A stretch of 33,017 bases of DNA from positions 26,579,719 through 26,612,735 of the forward strand of contig NC_068996.1 in NCBI RefSeq assembly GCF_001194135.2. Direction: 5' to 3'. The notes under the pieces are model-generated. The model was not told the origin of the DNA and made no database searches. It was given only the letters and a program-made list of their open reading frames with translations. Position numbers and translations under genes: made by a program. Below are positions 1 through 10,300 of the stretch, piece by piece (within the stretch, counting starts at the first letter, position 1; every line of letters begins with the position of its first letter). This DNA is from Octopus bimaculoides. Taxonomy: Eukaryota.

Positions 1-108
1 ATATATATAGTAGCATTCTGATATATGTATACATATACACACATATATGTGTATGTCTGAATATGTGTATAATATGCACTATATACATAGATATAACTGT
101 TTGTTATA

Positions 109-286
109 TAACTGTTTGGTAAGAAGTTTGCTTTCAACCACATGGTTCTGAGTTCAGTTCCACTTCATGGCATCTTGGGCATGTGTCTTCTGCTATAGCC
201 TCAGGTTGAGCAAAGCCTTGTGAGTGGATAAGGTAAATGGAAACTGAAAAAATCTGTCATAGATAGATAGATAGATGGATAGATAG

Positions 287-326
<40 letters not shown>

Positions 327-607
327 TGGGGGAGAGATGGACCAACAGACAGATAGGTGTGTGTGTGTGTGTGTATCTTTGTATTTATGCCTGTTCCTCA
401 TCACAACTTGACAACTAATGCTGGGTTATTTATGTCCCTATAACTTAGCAGTTTGGCAAAAAATGATTAATAGAATAAGTAACAGGCTTTTTAAAAATTA
501 AATACATACTGAGATTGATTTGTTAGACTAAAACCCTTCAAGGGAGTGCCCCAGTATGGTAGGAGTCTTACTGGCTGAAACAAGTAAAAGACAGAGAATA
601 AAAGATA
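109..607 (+). mobile_element. tRNA-headed SINE, family A, old diverged copy with internal (GATA)n(GA)n(GT)n linker
   Basis: Colinear with the better-preserved copies at 624-1023, 6952-7364 and 12265-12703: head ...TGGTAAG..CAACCACATGGTT..GTTCAGT, core CAAAGCCTTGTGAGTGGAT..GGAAACTGA, tail GAAACAAGTAAAAG. Confidence 0.85.
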
Positions 608-623
608 CATAAGATATATACAT

Positions 624-1023
624 AGGCGTAAGAGTGGCTGTGTGGTAAGTAGCTTGCTTTCCAACCACATGGTTCCAGGTTCAGTTCCACTGTGTGGCAC
701 TTTCGGCACTGTAGCCTCGGGCTGACCAAAGCCTTATGAGTGGATTTAGTAGACGGAAACTGAAAGAAGCCTGATATATATATGTATATATATGTATGTG
801 TGTGTATATGTTTATAAGTCTGTGTTTGTCCCCTCCCAACAACATTTGACAACTGATGCTGGTGTGTTTATGTGCCCATAACAAAGTGGTTCAGCAAAAG
901 AGACTGATAGAATAAGTACTAGGTTTACAAAGAATAAGTCCTGGGGTCGATTTGCTCAACTAAAGGCGGTACTCCAGCATGGCCACAGTCAAATGACTGA
1001 AACAAGTAAGAGAATAAGAGAAT
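624..1023 (+). mobile_element. tRNA-headed SINE, family A, full length
   Basis: A-box-like TGGCTGTGTGG, B-box-like GGTTCAGTTCC, shared core, internal (TA)/(TG) linker, 3' hairpin CAGTC-AAAT-GACTG (986-999) and short repeated tail AAGAGAATAAGAGAAT. Confidence 0.92.
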
Positions 1024-1314
1024 AGATTATATACATACAGAAGACATGCTAGTAGGGGACATTTGGTTGCTGTTTCTAGTCAGTTAAGTGACAAGGACAT
1101 AAAAGTTCCATTGGTCCATTCTGAAATAGCATTATGTAATTCAATAGTGGGAGCTGTTATTTGCTTGCATATTGATATTGGTAGCAGTAAGGGAAGCAGT
1201 ATAGATGTTAAGTAACTATTGATTGATTGATTGATTGATTATATAATACTCTTGATCCTATTGTTTGCTTCCCTGGCTCTTTCCTTTCACTCTAACAGGG
1301 ACATATTTTTCAAT

Positions 1315-1318
1315 TCCA

Positions 1319-1349
<31 letters not shown>

Positions 1350-1513
1350 CATGCACACAGACATACACACACATACATACATACATATATGTGTGTGTTT
1401 ATTCTGTACATACACACACACACACATATATATATACACACATACACACACATTTGTATATAAGCATATGTATTTGTTTACCTCCCTCTCTCCCTCTCTT
1501 TCTTCTACACTCA

Positions 1514-1547
<34 letters not shown>

Positions 1548-1550
1548 ACA
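1315..1550. repeat. Compound (CA)n/(CATA)n/(TG)n microsatellite cluster
   Basis: Directly visible; explains the THTH/VCVC ORFs. Confidence 0.95.
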
Positions 1551-1854
1551 TATGTACCTAGTGGTTACGGGTGTTACTTGCACAATTACTAGATTGTGGT
1601 TTTGAATCTAGTACAAAAAGCACTTCATTTGAACAAAAATGCACTTCATTTCACATTGCTCTGCAATCACTTTGACACCTGACATGTGGCACATTGATCA
1701 CCTGTATTGGTAATGTTGGTTTGATGTGTTGGTGGTGGTGGTAGTGGTGGTGGTGGCGGAGAGCTAATATATGACACAAACGTTTGACCTCTATAAACAA
1801 ATCATCTGTGCAGGTAGAATCCTATTCTGTTTTCTATGAAAGGGTAGCCCACAA

Positions 1855-1855
<1 letters not shown>

Positions 1856-1888
<33 letters not shown>

Positions 1889-2085
1889 CGCGCGTGTGCA
1901 TGTGTGTGTGTGTGTGTGTGCATGCACATATGTGTATGTGTGTGTGCATGCATGTTTGTGTATGTGTATACATGTGTGTGTGCATACATACACATGCATA
2001 CTCACAATCACACATAATTGTATATAAATATAGACAGACAGAAAGACAGATGTATGTATGTATGTATGTATGTATGTATGTATGC
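1856..2085. repeat. (TG)n(CG)n(TG)n tract followed by (TATG)n
   Basis: Directly visible alternating purine-pyrimidine run with a CG core at about 1880-1893. Confidence 0.95.
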
Positions 2086-2237
2086 AATGGGCTTCTTCCA
2101 GTTTCCCTCTGCCATACCACTCACATGACTCATTAGTCTGGGGGCTATTTTAGAAGACACATGCCCAAGGTATCACACAGTGGGACTGAGCTCTCAACCA
2201 TGTAGTTGGGAAGCAAGCATCTTAGCACAGCCATGAC
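2086..2237 (-). mobile_element. SINE head and core fragment (family A/B head)
   Basis: Reverse complement of the shared head and core (GGCTTCTT.CAGTTTCC...CCCAAGG...CAGTGGGACTGA...CACAGCCA). Confidence 0.8.
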
Positions 2238-2626
2238 TATGTCTATAAATAAATAAAAATGTATGTATGTTATTATTCAGTTTTATATTAAGGTTTCTAG
2301 CCAATAGAGAAAGAGCTAGTTCCTAACCTAGATCCAAGGCTCCATCATTGAAATTTCAACATCAATAACAAGGTATTTTTGTATGTATGTATGTATGTAT
2401 GTATACATGCACATTTGTATGTTTTGTTTTATGTATATCTTTTCGTGCATATACTTGCATATCTAGACATACTCATACATACTTATGTATGTATGTATGT
2501 ATGTATGTATGTATGTATGTATGCATGCATGTATATAGATGGATGGGTGGATGAATGATATGCATATAAATATATACATATACAAAATTAGATAAATGAC
2601 AAGGGAATAAGAAATTATATCATGAA

Positions 2627-2725
2627 CTTCATTAGTTTACAGCTGTTTCTGCTCTAAGTGCAATGCATCATAATTGAGTGGTCATGTAATCACCCTAAAG
2701 ATTCATCAGAGCTCCAAAAGTGAAG
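2627..2725 (-). ncRNA. Degenerate minimal type I hammerhead ribozyme motif
   Basis: Minus strand CTTCACTTTTGGAGCT-CTGATGA-[53 nt]-GAAAC-AGCT-GTA-AACTAATGAAG. Core intact, palindromic ACAGCTGT stem III, imperfect stem II (CTTTAGG/CTTAGAG), stem I AGCT/AACT with one mismatch plus distal CTTCA/TGAAG. Confidence 0.55.
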
Positions 2726-3060
2726 CATATGGTTATTAGTATTACTATGCCTAAACAAAGTAATAAATATATACATATGTACATATTTATATATACATAT
2801 ATATTTATATGCAATGGTCCACTGACGCAAGTGGAGAAGTTTAGGTTTTTCGGGGTCACATTTATGGCTGATGGGAAGCCATAGATATATATACACATAT
2901 ACACACACACGTGTGCATATATGTATGTATAGAATAATTTCATTTAGTTGTTAATCCTAAAGTTTACCTTATTAAGCTCTTCCATGGGTCCAGGATATCA
3001 GACAAATGTTAATCAGGAGATTGCTTGTTATATCATATACATGTCTGAAAATCAACAAGC

Positions 3061-3545
3061 ATAGGTGTTGCTATGCGGTAAGCAACCATGTGGTTGCTTC
3101 CCAACCATATGGCCTTGAGTTCATTCATTCCCACTGTTTAGCACCTTGAGTAAATGTCTTCTACTATTACCCTGAGCCAACCAAAGCCTTGTGAGTGTAT
3201 TTGGTAGATGGAAACTGAGAGAATCCCATCATATAGGTAGTATTTATGTGTGTGTGTGTCTGTGTGTGTGTGTGAGAGAGAGAGAGAAAATTATTGTCTC
3301 TTTGCCTTAATTTCATGTGATAGTTGTGAACAAATGTCTCCTTCATTCAAGCAGAGTCCCTATATTCCATGAAAACATATCTGACCAAAGGGAAATATTT
3401 CCTTGATTGGGAACAGGTAAGGGTTGGTGATAGGAAGGGTATCCAGTCATAGAAAATCTGCCTTAACAAAGTCCATCTGATCCATGTAATCATGAAAAAG
3501 TTCATGTTAATGTGATGATGATAATGATGACGATGATGATGGTTA
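3061..3545 (+). mobile_element. SINE family B: family A head and core joined to an RTE-type 3' tail ending in (GAT)n
   Basis: Head and core as in family A (CAAAGCCTTGTGAGTG..TTTGGTAGATGGAAACTGA), then GGAAGGGTATCCAGTCATAGAAAATCTGCC...(GAT)n, matching the RTE tail at 25213-25516. Confidence 0.75.
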
Positions 3546-4030
3546 TGATATCTGTATATTGCATTGGTGTGTCTTTCTATTTTTTTCCTATGTTTAAAAG
3601 CCTATATTATGCATTGCTTTGTCAATATAGTTAAGCATTAAAATCTAAACAATCAAGCTCTTATTTTCTTTTGTCTGTCACACTATTCTAATATTTTGCA
3701 TCTTTTTAAATATAAACTGGTTTAAAGAGGGAAGCTTTTTGAAGTATTCACATAACTGCCTTTCAGTCCAATCATTCCAAATGGTTTGATAGTTTTTTTT
3801 TTATGTTTTGCTTTTTATTAGCTGAATCTTGCTCTGATGTTAATGTGTGGCTTTCACTTTTACTGCTGGGTATCCTAGCTATTTTTCCCATTCTTGATAC
3901 CTCTACATTGAATTCAACTCAGACATACTTTTGTTTCCACAATTTGTGAACACACTCTCTTCTTCATTCCTAGTTCTCAAACAACAATTCGTTCAAACCG
4001 TATCCTCCTCCTTACCCCATCTTCACTTAC

Positions 4031-4100
4031 CATAAAGTCCTTCTTTGAGCAATTGTTGAATGAAGACTTAGTATTGCTTGCTCTATGTATGTTTCATTTT
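4031..4100 (-). CDS. Candidate isolated coding exon of an unidentified minus-strand host gene ((E)NETYIEQAILSLHSTIAQRRTL)
   Basis: Acceptor TTTTGTGATTCCTATTAG, donor ATG|GTAAGT, 70 nt, only one frame open. No homology recognised, so it may be a chance match. Confidence 0.3.
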
Positions 4101-4290
4101 CTAATAGGAATCACAAAATTGTACATGTTGGATAAGCATGTAAGAAATTTTCTATTAGGAATTCTTCAGACAAAGAATCAAATAATACATGCATGCAAGC
4201 ATTGATAGATAGATAAATGCATACATACATACATACCTATATATAAAATTATACACATATGTGTTTGTGTGTATATAATATATATACAAT

Positions 4291-4443
4291 AGGCTTCTTA
4301 CAGTTTCTTTTTTCCAAATTCACTCATAAGGCTTTGTTTGCTCTGGAGCTCTAATAGATGACACTTGTCCAAGGAGCTATTCAGTGGGACAGATTCTGAA
4401 ACCATATGATTGAGACACTAACTTTTTAATGATACAGCCATGC
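4291..4443 (-). mobile_element. Old SINE head and core fragment
   Basis: Reverse-complement similarity to the family A head (CACTCATAAGGCTTTG...GACACTTGTCCAAGG...CAGTGGGAC...CAGCCATG). Confidence 0.7.
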
Positions 4444-5289
4444 TGGCTCATGTGTTCCAATTCTGCCATATGGTGGAACCCTTCATTCTTTAAGAATAAT
4501 GGTGACACTATTCAACCGACATGACAGACAGATTTCTCAAGAAATACCTGTATATTTGAGATGCTAATCCATTCTCAATCATATTATTCCATGTAGTTTC
4601 TCATAACTCCATTAAAGAATTGGTGAAATTCTGAAAGATAGTGGTTCACTGCTTGATGTTGATGTTCAAGAACTGGCAATTAATTGCATGTAGGCAACAC
4701 TTCAGAATATATACATATAACTAATTAAACAACTGCCGACCCATCAAGAACTTATAAGAGATATTCTCCTTTTGTATCAACATCATACTTCTCAAACACC
4801 CAATAATGTACAACCATGCAACCAGCATGATTCTTTTCTCACACTATTCATATTTAGCATTTACTTTTATTTTCAGCATTTATTCATTTTATCTTGTATG
4901 ATATATAATTTAATACAGGTAACATGATGCTATCATTTTCCCCAGAAGCTTTCAGTTTTGCAATTGTCATTTGCTGAAAATTTTTATATAAATATTGAAA
5001 CAATAGTTTAATAAATATTGAAAATAAAAGTCAACATTAAAAGTAAATAAATGGAAGGGTGTTTTATTTCTTAAGTAAATACATATTTTATGAGAGATTA
5101 ACATGGATTACCTTGCTCAGAGAATGTTTTACAATGCACACAGCAAAAACAATTCTATATTTGCAAAAGAAATCTTACAGAAAATTTGTTGAAATACATT
5201 TTGTGGACATTACAAGAATAACCAAGCAAATTCATCAAATAGAAATAGATAAGTATTTCAATGTACAAATGCAACATGACAAAATCAAC

Positions 5290-5885
5290 ATGTACAGGAT
5301 CATTGTTTGAAGGCTCTCAAACGATATCTATCAACAGGAAGCAAAACTGAAATGTGGTTTTCTTTTTTTCATAGGTTAGTTCTAGTATACAAGTGGACAA
5401 TTGACAAGTGTCAATATAAAAACTGTGTCTTAACTTGCTTCATGAATTCAGAAACATGTTGTTAACATGGTGGATCTCTTCTTTCTACAAAGTTGGAGTC
5501 CTTGGCTCATCATTGAAATGTATCTTTCTTGTGTCTTTTCTATAAGTATTTCTATATTTTTTCATGGTCATTGTTCTGATGAACTTTCTGTCAAGACTGT
5601 TAAATGTGTCACCTGCTTCTCTTTTTAGGTGCATCATTTCTCAGTTGAACTTTATGTTAGTCATAAGTCCTTCTATTACAATAGTCTCTGTTTTTGAATT
5701 GTTGCTTTCTGGAACTCAAAGCCATCTTCTCGTTTTCCTCCTGTCTATGATATTCAGTCCTTTAAACTTTTTATTAATCAACAACTTATGAATTTGTAGG
5801 CCCCTTCCTTTCCTTTCCTTCTTTGTAGTCTCTTTTGCTACAGTGACCCCCAAGCCTTGTTTAGGACAAAATCGATAAAAAATAA
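5290..5885 (+). mobile_element. Decayed 3' end of a CR1/Jockey-group LINE (ORF2 C-terminus, 3' UTR, A-rich tail)
   Basis: Hand translation across stops and frameshifts: IQKHVVNMV..LAHH*NVSFLCLFYKYF / HGHCSDELS / HHFSV..SFYYNS..FWNSKPSSRFPPVYDIQSFKLFIN. This matches the typical HRRNV.SL.LFY.Y..G.CS.EL...LWNSLP..VFP..YDLQ.FK C-terminus. It may extend upstream to about 5090. Confidence 0.75.
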
Positions 5886-6307
5886 TGCATAGAAGGATAA
5901 TAACTGCTCTTGGTAAATGGTTAATGTTCACCAACCAATTGAAGGAGGAGAATATGTGGTAGAGATTGAAGAATCTAATATTGCAAAAAAAGGGGGAGGG
6001 GGATGTTGTTATATTGTTGCACAGTACTGAGTATTTGCGATACTTCACACAGGCCAAAAACTAGGTTATTTCCTGCAAGTTCCTAATCAGTTTGTGAATA
6101 AATATATTAATGCTGGCTTTATTTCATTCATATATTCATGCTATATTTAAAGTTTTATTGTTTTTACATGGGAGCAATATTAATCATTGTTACAATGGAA
6201 TCCAAGATATTCAGAATATTAAGGGAATTAATTAGAATTCACTATTGACTAGAATTTTTAAAATTTTTTATGAAGCAGGTGTTTTGCCACATTATTGAAC
6301 AAAAGCT

Positions 6308-6897
6308 TCTAACATAGAATTATAACAAAATTAACATAAACATTTATTTACATGAAAGAAAATTACCAGAGAACTTTCTTCTAACTTTTCCAAATCTTTC
6401 TCCTCCTTCCTACATTCTGGATGCTGTAGCAAATGGGAGGGTCACTGCTTCTATAGCTGAACGAAACAAAATCCTTAAGTGCTGAGACTTGTCAGCGAAT
6501 CATTTCTTCCAGCCTGTGGCAGTTGAAAAGTTTAGAGGGGTTAAGTCACTAGCCACAAAGTTCTTGTCATCATTAGCAGCTCCCATCACCGATGTGTCAG
6601 GTGATGTCCATGAGGATGCTAGGCTGTTTCAGATCCTTAGCTTCACCATTCCCCATGGTAATGCTGTGAGTGTGCTGGCTAGCTTCAGTAGGTTCCATTG
6701 AACTTTGCGCTATGTGACCAGTTGAAGCATTTGATGCTGCATTGTTGGTGTTTTTTGTTGTTTTTTTTTTCCTTTTTCTTCCCCACAAATGGTTTCAAAA
6801 CAGTTTTAGCAGAAAGATTTGGAAGAATTAAAAGTTTTCCAATAATTTTCTATCATGTAAATAAATGTTTATATTAATTGATTAGAATTATTTAGAA
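6308..6897. repeat. Inverted repeat pair of about 90 bp (arms 6308-6400 and 6812-6897)
   Basis: Right arm GAAAGATTTGGAAGAATT..AATAATTTTCTATCATGTAAATAAATGTTTATATTAATT matches the reverse complement of the left arm (GAAAGATTTGGAAAAGTT..GGTAATTTTCTTTCATGTAAATAAATGTTTATGTTAATT). Confidence 0.75.
6398..6703 (+). mobile_element. CRE-like (restriction-like endonuclease) non-LTR retrotransposon, ORF C-terminus
   Basis: SPPSYILDAVANGRVTASIAERNKILKC*DLSANHFFQPVAVEKFRGV...SGDVHEDARLFQILSFTIPHGNAVSVLAS matches the CRE-type end (AE..K..KY..L...F.PVAVET.G...SGD.RE...L.QRLS.A..RGNA.SVL). Confidence 0.7.
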
Positions 6898-6951
6898 CAA
6901 CACCCTGAAATTGTCAATGGATTGTTGCAGTTAGTCATATATATATACATA

Positions 6952-7364
6952 GGTGCAGGTGTGGCTGTGTGGTAAGTAGCTTGCTTACGAACCACATCAT
7001 TTCAGGTTCAGTCCCACTGCGTGGCACCTTGGGCAAGTGTCTTCTACTATATCCTCTCAAGCTGACCAAAGCCTTGTGAGTGGATTTGGTAGGTGGAAAC
7101 TGAAAGAAGCCCATCGTATATATGTATATGTATATATATATGTGTGTGTGTGTGTTTGTGTGTCTATGTTTGTCCCCCCAACATCGTTTGACAATTGATG
7201 CTGGTGTGTTTACGTCCCCGTAACATAGTAGTTCAGCAAAAGAGACCGATAGAATAAGTACTAGGCTTACAAAGAATAAGTCCTGGGGTTGATTTGTTCG
7301 ACTAAAGGCGGTGCTCCTGTATGGCCACAGTCAAATGACTGAAACAAGTAAAAGAGCAAAAGAG
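6952..7364 (+). mobile_element. tRNA-headed SINE, family A, full length and well preserved
   Basis: A box TGGCTGTGTGG 6962-6972, B box GGTTCAGTCCC 7005-7015, core, linker microsatellite, 3' hairpin 7328-7341, tail AAAAGAGCAAAAGAG. Inserted in TA-rich sequence. Confidence 0.93.
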
Positions 7365-7622
7365 TATATATATTCTGATATGTAACCTGCATGCAATCAG
7401 TTGCAAGTCCTTGATTATTAGAATCAAATAGCAAACTGTCCCACCAACCTTCATCTATCCTTTAACTGGAGTTTCAACAAACCATACAGATATGTTTTGG
7501 TTGCTAATGAAGTGGCATCTGATATATGTAGATGCTTCTCAAGATCAACTGTTGTTATTGTCACTAGCATGGAATGAAAACCTGTCCTGTTCTACTGTTT
7601 GGGACATATCATGCATTATATA

Positions 7623-8301
7623 CAGACTGTCCTCATTTAACGACCTACCTATTTAACAACCACTCGGAGTTACAACGAATTTTACGAGCTGTCATTACAT
7701 ATTTTACAAAATAGAACTTGAGGCGATGGATCCAAATTTTGAGCGATTTTCCAAGGTGGAAAGGCAGACAACTGAACTTTTCCGATGTTATCAAGAAATT
7801 TATGACAAAAAAAAGAAGATAACAAAGCAAACAACACTGACGGGATTTTTCATGCATTTTGATGTCAAGAATGAGTTGCTTTTGTAATCTTTATCCAAAG
7901 TAAAATAAAGTTATTATGTTTGAGTTTCCTTTAAACCTTTTCACCTTCTCTATATAATCCTGAGAAAAGTTTATTAGACATCTTATGTACTGGGCCTGGA
8001 ATCACAAACATACTTATGATGTCTGAGCTACAATAATACAGTATTCATATCCTAACTTTTAAGGTTTTCCTTGTGATAATCTTACTGCTACTTATTCATT
8101 TTTCAACAATTTATGTTAGTGATTCTTGGCCCTGTACTGCATATACTTTATACAGTACAGTATTCTGTTTTTATATGTTCGTACAGTACACAATACCTAT
8201 AAAAAAAAAGATACGTACCCTATGAATATTCGTTTAATGACAAATTTGCTTAATGACAGGGCTGTTGGAACGTAACTCGGTCGTTATATGAGGACAGTCT
8301 G
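7623..8301 (+). mobile_element. pogo/Tigger-type non-autonomous DNA transposon (internal deletion derivative)
   Basis: 23-bp TIRs CAGACTGTCCTCAT(T/A)TAACGACC at 7623-7645 and 8279-8301 (22/23 match) with TA on both sides. Residual peptide MDPNFERFSKVERQTTELFRCYQEIYDKKKKITKQTTLTGFF resembles the Tigger transposase C-terminus. Confidence 0.9.
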
Positions 8302-8488
8302 TATCAAATAAAAACCCAGATATTTGTTATGAATGGACTTTTGCAACACTTAAGCCATATTCTTCACTGTGAACTCCAATACTATTTGATATATTGTCTA
8401 GTGATGTAATACTCATTTTTTTCTCAATATGTCAGTCTGTCCATCGCTGCTTTTGCCCCTCTCTTTCTCCATCTCATATATATATATA

Positions 8489-8880
8489 TTCTTTTATTCT
8501 TTTATTTGTTTAAGCCATTTGACTACAGCAATGCTGGAGCACCGCATTTAGTTGAACAAATCAACCCCAGGACATATTCTTTGTAAGACTAGTACTTATT
8601 CTATCGGTCTCTTTTGCCAAACCGCTAGGTTATGGGGATGTAAACACACCAACATTGGCTGTCAAGCAATGGTGGGGGGACAAACACAGACATACAAACA
8701 TATACATATATATATATATNNNNNNNNNNTACGTATACGATGGGCTTCTTTCAGTTTCCGTCTACCAAATCCACTCACAAAGCTTTGGTTGGGCCAAGGC
8801 TATATTAGAAGACACTTACCACGCAGTGGAACTGAACCTGGAACCACGTGGTTGGTAAGCAAGCTACTTACCACACAGCC
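8489..8880 (-). mobile_element. SINE family A, near full length (10-N gap in the linker)
   Basis: Reverse complement of family A from tail to CCACACAGCC. Confidence 0.9.
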
Positions 8881-8940
8881 ATATATATCATATATTATTA
8901 TATATATTGTATATTATTATATATATTATATAGATAAAGG

Positions 8941-9281
8941 TAAAGAGCCTTCACTTCAGCCATGAAAGACCATGGGATTGCACCTAGAAAGTTCCCCTCC
9001 AAGACACAGGTCCAAGCAATGTTGTTTATAAAAGACCAGCAGACGCCCATGTATACCAGCCTCTCCTCTCCAAGCTACCAATGTTGTCCAAGGAAAAGGC
9101 AAAAGCTGATACAGCTTGGCACTAGAGACATCACAACTCATTTCTACAGCTGAGTGAACTGGAGCAACGTGAAATAAAGTGTGTTGCTCAAGAGCACAAC
9201 ACACAGCCCAGTCCGGGAATTAAACTCACTACCTCATGATTGCGAGCCTGATGTTCTAACCATTGAGCCATGTGCCTTCAC
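8941..9281 (-). mobile_element. tRNA-headed SINE, family E
   Basis: Minus strand GTGAAGGCACATGGCTCAATGGTTAGAACATCAGG..GAGTTTAATTCCCGGACTGG head, core TTGAGCAACACACTTTATTTCACGTTGCTCCAGTTCACTCAGCTGTAGAAATGAGT. Second copy at 10032-10300. Confidence 0.85.
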
Positions 9282-9971
9282 ACATATTATATATTATTAT
9301 ATATATTATTATGTAAAACAGCTTAACTTGCCTCCTTGCTACTTAAAGTTTCACGGGCATCATAAATAGTTACATGTTCATATGTGTATACAGTAGGTTC
9401 TAATGCATATTTATTCACACATATACACACAGCCACCATACAACTGACATACATGCAGCTGATATGCACAGCTGACACATACATCCACATGTTCACACAC
9501 GCGAGTACTCACACATGGCTGATAAGTACCCTCATCCACATGTACATGCATCCTAGCAAACATGCACACATGCATCAATGATCTGATGCCATCAGCTCTC
9601 ATCCATACACTGGCTTACACATGTGCACTCCTAACCATACACACGGATAACAGATACACATGCATAGGAATCAGAGACATCATACATCAGGTATACACTT
9701 ACACACACACACACACTCTTGCCCTCAAGTCCCATCAGACATCAAGGCACCACCAGCTTCTTGTCCAACCATGTGGTCCAAGAAATTTTCCTTTTAAATG
9801 CATCTAGTGTCGCTTGAATGTTGATCTTATTTCTGACAACACCATGTGACCCAATTCACAATAGCCATCTTGGTCTTCCTGCATGGAGCCAAATCAAACT
9901 GTTTTAAATAATAATATATTTAATTCTTGCTAAATGAATTGAGTACCTTTTTCTTTCATTTGTCCACTCAC

Positions 9972-10017
<46 letters not shown>

Positions 10018-10031
10018 TCATTATCATCATG

Positions 10032-10300
10032 AGATAGTGAGTTTAATTCCCGGACTGGGACGTTTGTTGTGTTCTTGAGCAAGGTACTTTATTTTACATT
10101 GTTCCAGTTCACTCAGCTGTAGAAATGAGTTGTGATGTCACTGGTGCCAAGCTGTATTGGCCTTTGTCTTTCCCTTGGATAACATTGTGGTGTGGAGAGG
10201 AGAGGCTGGTATGCATGGGCGACTGCTGGTCTTCCATAAACAACCTTGCCTGGACTTGTGTCTGGACTTTCTAGGTGCAATCCCATGGTCATTCATGACC
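10032..10300 (+). mobile_element. SINE family E, 5'-truncated, inverted relative to 8941-9281
   Basis: Same core and 3' region; terminal hairpin GGTCA-TTCA-TGACC at 10287-10300. Confidence 0.85.

Noticed and set aside
986-1010. SINE A tail hairpin followed by GAAAC-AA-GTA as a hammerhead half
   Set aside because: No upstream CUGANGA and stem III loop too short; treated as a LINE-recognition hairpin.
2968-3044. Minus-strand segment with TTTTCAG acceptor and AAG|GTAAAC donor
   Set aside because: All three frames contain stops.
4135-4175. Minus-strand CTGAAGA...GAAA
   Set aside because: No coherent stems I, II or III.
4450-4830. Possible LINE AP-endonuclease remnant (LIKQLPTHQELIRDILL)
   Set aside because: Only one weak motif resemblance; too decayed to call by eye.
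5112-5154. Minus-strand exon candidate (NCFCCVHCKTFSEQ), phase-compatible with 4031-4100
   Set aside because: It overlaps what appears to be the upstream continuation of the decayed CR1-like RT on the plus strand and has a weak acceptor; not supportable without RNA data.
6952-7025. SINE heads as true tRNA genes
   Set aside because: A and B boxes are present, but there is no full cloverleaf or acceptor stem and each runs into a SINE core.
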